From contig SHNF01000006.1 in assembly GCA_004295085.1 (NCBI GenBank), positions 3,280-67,279 on the forward strand: a stretch of DNA of 64,000 nt. The letters run 5' to 3'. The position numbers were made by a program, and so were the translations under genes. Source of the DNA: Planctomycetota bacterium (GTDB lineage Bacteria > Planctomycetota > UBA1135). Each line of letters begins with the position of its first letter. Position 1 is the first letter of the stretch. This document shows positions 27,909 to 35,658 of this stretch, in pieces. The notes beneath the pieces were generated by a model that made no database searches, had not been told where the DNA came from, and was given only the letters and a program-made list of their open reading frames with translations.

Positions 27909-30900
27909 CTAGCGCGCCCGCTGCGGGAACGGCGGGCGCTGCGCCGGCCGGGCCGGGAGCCTGGCCAGCTCGGCCAGCGCGACCTCGATCGCCTTCTCGA
28001 GCTGCGGATCGCGTCCCTGCGCGACCTGCGCGGGCCACTGCTCGACCTCGAGGTCCGGCGGCACGCCCACGTTCTCGACCGTGAAGCCCTCGTCCGCGGT
28101 CCAGATGCCGATGTTGGGCGCGGTCACGCTGCCGCCGTCCATCAGCTCCGGGAAGCCGAGGATTCCGACCAGCCCGCCCCAGGTCGGCCGGCCTACGATC
28201 GTGCCCAGCCCGAACTTGCGGAACATCCAGGGCAGCAGGTCGCCGCCCGAGCCGGCGGTTTCGTCCGTGATCATGACCTTGGGGCCGAAGATGGTGGCCT
28301 GCGGGGTCGCGAGGTCGGCGCCATAGCGCATGGCCCAGTGCGCGATGTAGGGCCGGCGCAGGATGTCCAGGTAGTAGTCCGCGATCGAGCCGCCGCCGTT
28401 GTGGCGCTCGTCCACGATGATGGCTTCGCGGTCGGCCTGCGGGAAGAAGTAGCGCTTGAAGTAGACGTGCCCGAGGTCGGCCGTGTTCGGCACGTAGACG
28501 TAGGCCACGCGCCCGCCGGTCGCGGCCGTGACCTTGGCGATGTTGCCCTCGACCCAGTCGCGGTTGCGCAGCGCCCGCTCATTGTCGATCGGCATCACCG
28601 TCACGGTGCGCGCGCCGCTGCCGTCGGGATTCGGGCCGACCGTGATCTCGACGCGCCGCCCGGCGGTGTTCTCGAAGCGCGCATACACGCTCTCGGCCGC
28701 GGTCAGGTCGCGGCCCTCGACCGCGAGCAGGTACTCGCCCGCGCGCACGTCCACGCCCGGCTCGGTCAGCGGCGCGCGCAGGTCCGGGGTCCAGTTCAGG
28801 CCGCCGTAGACCTTGGCGAAGCGGTAGCGGCCGTTGGCGATCTCGTAGTCGGCGCCGAGCAGCCCGCCGCTCACCGCCTTCCCCGCCACCAGCGTGTCGC
28901 CGCCGCCGGTGCCGCTGTGGCCGACCGCCAGCTCGGAGCACAGCCCGCGGATCACGCGGGTCAGGTCGCGGCGGACCGCGAGGTGCGGCAGGAACTGCGC
29001 GTATTTCTCCTTCATGGCGTTCCAGTCGGCGCCGTGCATGCCGGGGTCGTAGAAGTAGTCGCGGTTGATGCGCCAGGCCTCGTCGAAGATCTGCGCCCAC
29101 TCGGCGCGCGGATCGATCTTCACCTGGACCCGGTCCAGCGCCAGCTTGCCCTCGCCCAGCTCGATCTTGTCGCCGAGCGGCCGCACGAAGGTGCCGCCTT
29201 CGGTCGCCACCAGCACCTTCTCCTTGCCGGCAGCGATGGCGAAGCCGAGCACGCCGTCCAACAGCTGTTTCTCCTTGCGCTCCTTGAGGTCGAAGCGCAC
29301 CAGCGCGCCGCGCGGGGAGTCGCCGGAGAAGACGTTGCGTTCGGCCTTCAAGTAGTAGAGCTGTCCGTCCTTCCCGGGCTCCAAGCTGCTGTAGAAGGCA
29401 GGCGGCAGCGGCAGGGCCAGGATGCGCTGGCCCAGGCCCTCGAAATCGATGCGGACCGAGTGTTCTTCCTCGGCCTTCTTTTCGCCGTTCTCTTCCTTTT
29501 CCTCTTCCTCCTTCTTTTCCTCCTTTCCCTTCTCCTCGTCGCTTTCCGGCGCGAACGGCGAGGGCTCGTCCCTCGCCAGCACGACCACGTACAACGAGTT
29601 GGTCCGCTCGATGTCGGCGCTGGCCTGCGAGAACCAGCTCAGGAAGGGGCCGGCGTCGGTCGAGGCTGTCAGGTACAGGTACTTCCCGTTGGCGTCGAAG
29701 GCCGGGTCGCTGGCGTCGGAAAGACCGTCGGTGACGGACTGGGTCTGCCCGCTCGCGATCTCGTGCAGCCGCACCTGGCGGAAACCGGTGCGGGTCCCGA
29801 TCGCGTAGGCCAGCCAGCGCGAATCCGGCGACCAGGCGTGCGGCAGGCCGGGAAACACCCGGTAGATCGGCTCCTGGTCCACCTTGGTCACCTTCCCGCT
29901 CTCCACGTCGATCCAGTACAGCGCCTGCGAGTTGTCGACGTAGGCGAGCTTCTTCCCGTCCGGCGCCCACACCGGCTGCTCGTAGAAGCCCGCGCCGCCG
30001 AGCGCCAGCGCCCGCCGCTCGCCCTTGCCGTCCTGCGGCGCCAGCACAAGGCGGTTCTCGCCGCCCTCGTCCGAGAACCAGGCGATGGTCTTTCCGTCCG
30101 GCGACCAGGCCGGGTAGCGCTCATGGGCCCCCACGGTATTGGTGAGGTTGCGCGGATCCCCCTTCTCCGCCGGCAGGGTCACGATCTCGCCGCGGAAGTC
30201 GAAGGCCGCGCGCGCGCCGGAGGGGGAGATCGTGCCGCTGCGCACGTACTGCTCGCCGGAAACGAAGCGCGGGCGTGTCTCGATCAGGTCGGCGGCCACG
30301 CCGATACGCAGGCGCCGGTCCTGCCCGCTCTGTGGATCCAGCAGGTGCAGCCAGCCGGCCTGCTCGTACACGATGCGGCCGCCGCCGGCGCTGGCGTTGA
30401 GCACGGGGAAATCGTCGTAGCGGGTGAGCTGTTCGACCTCCTTCGTGCGGAAGTCGTACGCGAACAGGTTGAACTCGCCGTTGCGGTCGGAGTTGAAGTA
30501 GAAGCGGTCTCCGATCCACATCGGGTCCACGTCGTTGCACCGCCCCTCCGGCTGTGGGATCTGCACCACGGACAGGTCGGCCAGCTCACAGACCCACAGG
30601 CGCGAGGCGGTGCCGCCGCGGTAGTTCTTCCACTGCTCGAAGGCGCGCCGGTGCGGCGAGTAGGCGATCCTGCGGCCGTCCGGCGAATAGGCGGCGCCAA
30701 AACAGGACGGCAGCGGCACGCGGGTCGGGAAGCCGCCCGTGACGGGGACGGTGAACAGGTGGCGGAAGCGGTTGGTGTAGACCGCGCGCGGCGACTCGAA
30801 CACGACGTTCCGCCCGTCCGGCGTGAATCCGTCCACCACGTCCGGATCCGGGTGCCAGGTCAGGCGCCTGGGCTCGCCACCGGCTGCCGGGACCAGGTAC

Positions 30901-31220
30901 ACGTCCGTGTTGCCGTCGTACTCGCCGGAGAAGGCGATCCAGGCGCCGTCGGGCGAGAAGCGCGGCAGCGCCTCCATTCCGGGATGCGTGGTCAGCCGGC
31001 GCACGTCGCCGCCGTCCAGATTGCACGTCCACAGGTCGCCGGCGTAGCAGAAGGCGAGGCGCTCCGCGCTCACCGCCGGCATTTCCAGCATGCGGGTGTC
31101 GCCGGGGTCAGAGGCAACCGTCGGCTGCGCCTGCGCGGACGCCGGCGGAGCGCTGGCGCTGGCACAGGCGAGGCACAGGAAGGGGGAGATCAGGGCGGCC
31201 ATGGGCGTGAGCGTGGACAT
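27909..31220 (-). CDS. Tricorn-protease-like protein (TolB-like propellers + PDZ + S41 peptidase)
   Basis: 1103 aa with a signal peptide. PRFSPDG/WSPDG propeller repeats, and a C-terminal S41-like region (NGGGSIADYYLD, DETAGSGGDLL). Confidence 0.85.
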   Translation of the reverse strand: MSTLTPMAALISPFLCLACASASAPPASAQAQPTVASDPGDTRMLEMPAVSAERLAFCYAGDLWTCNLDGGDVRRLTTHPGMEALPRFSPDGAWIAFSGEYDGNTDVYLVPAAGGEPRRLTWHPDPDVVDGFTPDGRNVVFESPRAVYTNRFRHLFTVPVTGGFPTRVPLPSCFGAAYSPDGRRIAYSPHRRAFEQWKNYRGGTASRLWVCELADLSVVQIPQPEGRCNDVDPMWIGDRFYFNSDRNGEFNLFAYDFRTKEVEQLTRYDDFPVLNASAGGGRIVYEQAGWLHLLDPQSGQDRRLRIGVAADLIETRPRFVSGEQYVRSGTISPSGARAAFDFRGEIVTLPAEKGDPRNLTNTVGAHERYPAWSPDGKTIAWFSDEGGENRLVLAPQDGKGERRALALGGAGFYEQPVWAPDGKKLAYVDNSQALYWIDVESGKVTKVDQEPIYRVFPGLPHAWSPDSRWLAYAIGTRTGFRQVRLHEIASGQTQSVTDGLSDASDPAFDANGKYLYLTASTDAGPFLSWFSQASADIERTNSLYVVVLARDEPSPFAPESDEEKGKEEKKEEEEKEENGEKKAEEEHSVRIDFEGLGQRILALPLPPAFYSSLEPGKDGQLYYLKAERNVFSGDSPRGALVRFDLKERKEKQLLDGVLGFAIAAGKEKVLVATEGGTFVRPLGDKIELGEGKLALDRVQVKIDPRAEWAQIFDEAWRINRDYFYDPGMHGADWNAMKEKYAQFLPHLAVRRDLTRVIRGLCSELAVGHSGTGGGDTLVAGKAVSGGLLGADYEIANGRYRFAKVYGGLNWTPDLRAPLTEPGVDVRAGEYLLAVEGRDLTAAESVYARFENTAGRRVEITVGPNPDGSGARTVTVMPIDNERALRNRDWVEGNIAKVTAATGGRVAYVYVPNTADLGHVYFKRYFFPQADREAIIVDERHNGGGSIADYYLDILRRPYIAHWAMRYGADLATPQATIFGPKVMITDETAGSGGDLLPWMFRKFGLGTIVGRPTWGGLVGILGFPELMDGGSVTAPNIGIWTADEGFTVENVGVPPDLEVEQWPAQVAQGRDPQLEKAIEVALAELARLPARPAQRPPFPQRAR
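29489..29538 (+). repeat. 50-nt uninterrupted polypyrimidine tract inside the tricorn-like gene
   Basis: The tract is ttctcttccttttcctcttcctccttcttttcctcctttcccttctcctc. On the coding strand it specifies the Glu/Lys-rich insert EEKGKEEKKEEEEKEENGEKK. Confidence 0.9.
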
Positions 31221-31378
31221 GGGGAGACGAAATCCTAGCGGTGAGGTGCGGTCCTACGGCCAGCCCTCCGCGCGCATGGCGGATTGGTGCCATCCTGGTA
31301 CCTGCACCGCCGCGTGTACCGATGACAAGGCGAGAACCTACAATCCCAGGAGCTCCCACGGATGCGGAGCATACGCCT

Positions 31379-33052
31379 ATGCCACTGGCCTCCCTGGTCC
31401 TGATCCTGGCCGCGCCGCAGGCCAGGGACCTCGCAGCCGATTGCGACGCCCTCCTGGCCCGCTACGCCCGCGCGGGCTGGTCCGGCTCGGTGCTGGTGGC
31501 GCGCGACGGCAAGCCGCTGCTCGCCCGCGGCTACGGCCAGGCCGACGCCGGGAGCGGACGCGACAACGACGAGCACACCTTGTTCGAGATCGCCTCGCTC
31601 GCCAAACAGTTCACCGCCGCCGCCATCCTGAAGCTGGCGCAGCAGGGCAAGCTCGAGCTCGACGACCCGATCGCCGAACACCTCCCAGGCGTCCCGGCGC
31701 ACTCGAAGGGCATCACCATCCATCACCTCATCACGCACACCTCCGGTGTGCCGCGCAGCAACACAGCCGGGGGAGGGGAGGACCTGGCCGCCGCTGTCCC
31801 GACCTACCTGGGCGAAGGCCCGCTGGCGAAACCGGGCCAGCGCTTCGAGTACTGGAACGGCGGTTACGCGCTGCTCGCCGGCATCGTCGAACGCGCGAGC
31901 GGCATCTCCTTCACGGAATACTGCGAGCGCGAGCTGTTCGCGCCGGCCAGCATGCGCGACACCGGCTTCACCGGCGACACCGATCTCGACCCGCAGCGCG
32001 CCGCGGTCGGTCACGACCAGCGGGGCGCCCCGCGCAGCGCGCTCGAGCATCCCTACGGCGCCTTCGGCTACCAGTACCGTGGCATGGGCGGCGTCGTGAC
32101 GACTGTGCTCGACCTCCACCGGTGGGACCGGGCGCTCGCGGGGGCGGACGTCCTGAACACGGCGGCCAGGAAGCAGCTGTTCACGCCCGCCAAGGAGGGC
32201 TACGCCTGCGGCTGGTGGGTGACGAAAGCCGAGCGCGGCGGCGAGCGGCACTCGCACGGCGGCGACGTGCGCGGCTTCCACTGCGATTTCCGCCGCTTCC
32301 CGGACAGTGGCGCCTGCATCGCCGTGCTCGCGAACACGGACGCCTTTCCCGCCTGGGAGATCGGCGAGAATCTCGAGTGCGCGCTGTTCGGCCGCTCGTT
32401 CCGCTACCCGGTGCCCGAATCGGTCGCGCTCTCCGCCGAGGAGCTGGCCGCTCTTGCCGGCACCTACACGGCCAAGGCCGGACGGATGATCGTGCGCGCC
32501 GACGGCGGGTCCCTGCTGGCCGGCGTCGAGGGCCAGGAGCTGATCTCCGCGCTCCTTCCGTCACGTCCGGCCGGCTGGAGCCCGGATCTGGAGGAGCTCA
32601 GCGCCACCGCGATCCAGATCGTCGAGTCCATCGCACGCGGCGACGTCGAGCTCCTGCGCAAGAAGATGGCGGACCCTGGTTGGGGGCGCTGGCCCGACGA
32701 CGTGCGCGACTCCATCTATCCGGAGTACGAGAAGCAGCACGGCCGGTTGAAGCAGGTGACGGCGCTGGGGGCAGTCCCCGAAGGCGGGCGCGTCGAGATC
32801 GTGCTCCAGCTCGAGCACGAAGTCAGCCCGGGCCGCGTGCGCATCGCCTTCAGCCAGGCCGGCCTCGAGATCCTGGACTGGAACGGCCCCGAGTTCCCGG
32901 CCACGCTGCGCCTGCTGCCGCAGGGCGGAACCAGGTTCCTGACCGCCGCGACAGCAACGGGCGCCCAGCCGCGAGCTTTCGAATTCCTGCGCAAGGGGCA
33001 GCGCATCACCGGCGTCAAGACCCAGGGCCTGGAGCTGAAGCGCGCGCAGTAG
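31379..33052 (+). CDS. Serine hydrolase, beta-lactamase-related fold
   Basis: SxxK (IASLAKQF), YxN (EYWNGGY), and a signal-like start MPLASLVLILAAPQA at ATG 31379. The listed start 31241 and ATG 31322 are alternatives. Confidence 0.8.
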   Translation: MPLASLVLILAAPQARDLAADCDALLARYARAGWSGSVLVARDGKPLLARGYGQADAGSGRDNDEHTLFEIASLAKQFTAAAILKLAQQGKLELDDPIAEHLPGVPAHSKGITIHHLITHTSGVPRSNTAGGGEDLAAAVPTYLGEGPLAKPGQRFEYWNGGYALLAGIVERASGISFTEYCERELFAPASMRDTGFTGDTDLDPQRAAVGHDQRGAPRSALEHPYGAFGYQYRGMGGVVTTVLDLHRWDRALAGADVLNTAARKQLFTPAKEGYACGWWVTKAERGGERHSHGGDVRGFHCDFRRFPDSGACIAVLANTDAFPAWEIGENLECALFGRSFRYPVPESVALSAEELAALAGTYTAKAGRMIVRADGGSLLAGVEGQELISALLPSRPAGWSPDLEELSATAIQIVESIARGDVELLRKKMADPGWGRWPDDVRDSIYPEYEKQHGRLKQVTALGAVPEGGRVEIVLQLEHEVSPGRVRIAFSQAGLEILDWNGPEFPATLRLLPQGGTRFLTAATATGAQPRAFEFLRKGQRITGVKTQGLELKRAQ

Positions 33053-33164
33053 CGAGGTTTCACGCCCCGGCGCCGCGCGTGGGCTCGGCGCACGCCCTTC
33101 GGCACCACGCGCTCCGTCGTCTTGAGGCTCATGGCGCCGTAGAACGACTTGTGAGGCAGATGGT

Positions 33165-33202
33165 CCGCTCCGATTGTCGTGACGCTGTCACGACTGGAGC
33201 GG
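33165..33202. repeat. Palindrome family copy c, embedded in a longer hairpin
   Basis: CCGCTCC-gATT-GTCGTGAC-gct-GTCACGAC-t-GGAGCGG. It lies in the convergent gap between the hydrolase and the DUF1579 gene. Confidence 0.7.
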
Positions 33203-33234
33203 CACCAGGACGACGCCGCAGGCCTTCCGGAGCC

Positions 33235-33699
33235 TCAGGCCTTCTTGCGGTACACCCCCTCCAGCATGGTCTTCCACTGCTTCTGGTCCGCCGACATGTC
33301 CATGCGGAAGCGCATCGCGTTCTTCTCGCCGAAGTCGTACGAGACCCGGTGCCAGCCCATGGGGCTCTGGAAGCTCAACGCGATCTTGTCGCCCTGGAAC
33401 TTGCCGCGGAACTCGTTGACGCCCATGCCCATCGAGTCGAACCAGTGCAGCACGACCTCCTGGCTCTGCGGGTCGATCCCGAGCACCGAGTGGCCGCGGA
33501 AGGTGACGGCGCCGTCGCGCCGCTGTTCGTAGTCGCCGGCCACGTAGAAGCCGTCGCAGACCACGCGGCTGTTCATGCTGGCTGTGGCCGTGCCTCCCTG
33601 CGGATCCCACTCCGAAGGGTGCATCTTCTCCTCGCCGCTCCAGTCTCCGGCGAACAACTCGAGCTTCTGGTGGGCGGGACCGGGCTTGGGCATCTCCAT
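33235..33699 (-). CDS. DUF1579-like protein
   Basis: ATG 33699 preceded by AAGGAG. MEMPKPGPAHQKLELFAGDWSGEEKMHPSEW... (154 aa). The listed ORF 33235..34050 has a junk extension. Confidence 0.75.
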   Translation of the reverse strand: MEMPKPGPAHQKLELFAGDWSGEEKMHPSEWDPQGGTATASMNSRVVCDGFYVAGDYEQRRDGAVTFRGHSVLGIDPQSQEVVLHWFDSMGMGVNEFRGKFQGDKIALSFQSPMGWHRVSYDFGEKNAMRFRMDMSADQKQWKTMLEGVYRKKA

Positions 33700-33772
33700 G
33701 ACTTGAACTCCTTGGGTGTGACCTCCGGATCGGCGCGCGGCGCCGACCGCGCGCGCCATCGTACCCGCGCCA

Positions 33773-33797
33773 ATTGGCGTGACGCCGTCACGACAAT
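33773..33797. repeat. Palindrome family copy d (ATTGGCGTGAC-gcc-GTCACGACAAT)
   Basis: It starts 74 nt upstream of the DUF1579 start codon and has one arm mismatch. Confidence 0.7.
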
Positions 33798-34095
33798 CTG
33801 GCACGCCATCGACACCGCCGTAGCCGAAGGCTGCTGAAACCTGCCGGCCCGGGCGCGCGGCAATCAGAGGGAATTCCTCCATCGACCAGGAAACAGGCTG
33901 GCGCAACGGAAAGGCCCTGCAGCCGCATTGCAAAGCGGGCAGTCCCACCCGATGGCGCGGGTGGATGGGAGCCGTCAGTGCTCCCGAGACCTCGAACCAA
34001 TGGCAGTCCACCTCATGGAAGCTCATGTCCGCCACTTCACCTTCTTCCACGGATCACGTTGCAGGCCGGAATAGTTACAGGCTTCTTTGCGAGGA

Positions 34096-34238
34096 GTCGC
34101 ACTCGCCACCGGCTACGACAGCCCGGGCGCCTTCGTCTCCACCTCCGCCAGGTCGTCGGCACCACGCCCGCGACGACCGCGGGGTCCCATATCAGGATGC
34201 CGTTCCGGCCTCAGGCGTGGCCGCGCGGTTCTCGGTGA
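34096..34238 (+). pseudogene. AraC-family HTH C-terminal remnant (frameshifted)
   Basis: One frame reads VALATGYDSPGAF and a second frame continues ...LRQVVGTTPATTAGS*. Together they resemble the AraC C-terminal consensus (iA...Gy.s.s.F.r.Fr...G.tP..yR). No intact ORF exists. Confidence 0.35.
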
Positions 34239-34333
34239 GAAAAGATGCCGTGACACCGGCTCTCCTTCTCCAGTGTTCCTTCCCGGACGGCGAGGTCTTC
34301 GCGTCCGGCCCAATGGAGCAAGGCGAGGGAACC

Positions 34334-35647
34334 ATGACGACGGTCGCTGTGGTCGGTGGGGGTGCCGCCGGGATCGGGGCGGCGCGGACTCTCCTGCAGG
34401 AAGGGATGGACGTCCTCCTGCTCGAGGCCGCGCCGCGTCTCGGCGGGAACTGCCGGGCGGACGAAGTGCGCGCCGGCGACGGCCGGACGTACCGCGTGGA
34501 CATCGGGGTCAGCGACTTCAACCGCACGACCTTCCGCCAGTTCTCCGGCCTGGTGGACGAGCTCGGGCTGGAAACCCGTCCGATCGGCACGGACACGAGC
34601 TTCGCGTCGGCCGACGGCCACAGCTTGTGCAGCTTCCGCGGCGGGCGGTGGAGCTTCGGTGCCGAGCTGGCGGATCCCGAGGTCTTCCTGCGCGACCTGG
34701 GCCGCTTCCAGTCGCGGGTCGAGGAGGTGCTGGCCGGCGAGGATTTCGCCGACTGGACCGTCGGGCGCTACGCGGACCACATCGGCGCTTCGCCCGAGTT
34801 CCGCGACGTCTACCTGTATGCGCGCGCCATGGGCTGCTTCCCGATGCCCGACTGCCATCCTCGGGACTACCGGATCCGCGACCTCGTCGCGTTCTGGAAG
34901 ATCCACGGCGTGGTGGGTCGTGAGCCCGCGAACCGCCGCTGCGTGGTCGGCGGGATGCACCGCTACGTCGAGGCCTTCCGGACCTGGTTCGTGGCCCGGG
35001 GCGGCGAGCTGCGCTGCGGAACCCGGGTGATCGGCATCGTGCGCCAGCGTCACGGGGTCGAGATCCGGGCCGTGGACGCGCAGGACCGCCACCAGCGCTT
35101 CGAGGTGAGTCAGGTCATCCTGGCCAACAACGCCCACGAGGCGGTGCCGCTCCTCGAGGCTCCGACCGGCCCGGAGCGGCGCATCCTCGGCAGCTTCCCT
35201 TACCAGCGGGCACGGCTGGTCCTGCACCGCGATCCCCGGCTGCTCGGGCGGGATGAGGGCGCGCGGGGAGCGTTCAACTACGTGGTCCCCGCCGGGGAGC
35301 TGCCGCGCGTGCGGCCCACGATCACTTTTTTCGCCAACCGCCTCGCGGGCCTTCCGCAGGACGTGCCGGAGGTCTTCGTCACGATGAATCCGCACCTGGA
35401 ACCGCGGCCGGAGTGCATCCTCGCCCAGCGCTTCTTCCTGCACCCGGTCGCCGGCGCGGCCAACGACGCCGCGGCCGCGCAGATGGAGCAGATCCAGGGC
35501 AGGAACCGCACCTGGTACGCCGGCAGCTACCTGGTGAAGCCCTTCGTGCACGAGTCGGCCTTGATGAGCGGCATCCTGGCGGCGGAGCGCGCCGTGCGCC
35601 GCGAGCGCGTCCGGCGCGTCCGGCCCGCGCGTGAGCTGGCGGCGTGA
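34334..35647 (+). CDS. FAD/NAD(P)-binding oxidoreductase (amine-oxidase-like)
   Basis: MTTVAVVGGGAAGIGAARTL dinucleotide-binding motif at the N-terminus. The ATG 34334 follows GGCGAGGGA. ATG 34313 is an alternative start. Confidence 0.8.
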   Translation: MTTVAVVGGGAAGIGAARTLLQEGMDVLLLEAAPRLGGNCRADEVRAGDGRTYRVDIGVSDFNRTTFRQFSGLVDELGLETRPIGTDTSFASADGHSLCSFRGGRWSFGAELADPEVFLRDLGRFQSRVEEVLAGEDFADWTVGRYADHIGASPEFRDVYLYARAMGCFPMPDCHPRDYRIRDLVAFWKIHGVVGREPANRRCVVGGMHRYVEAFRTWFVARGGELRCGTRVIGIVRQRHGVEIRAVDAQDRHQRFEVSQVILANNAHEAVPLLEAPTGPERRILGSFPYQRARLVLHRDPRLLGRDEGARGAFNYVVPAGELPRVRPTITFFANRLAGLPQDVPEVFVTMNPHLEPRPECILAQRFFLHPVAGAANDAAAAQMEQIQGRNRTWYAGSYLVKPFVHESALMSGILAAERAVRRERVRRVRPARELAA

Positions 35648-35658
35648 CGCGCTGGCGC

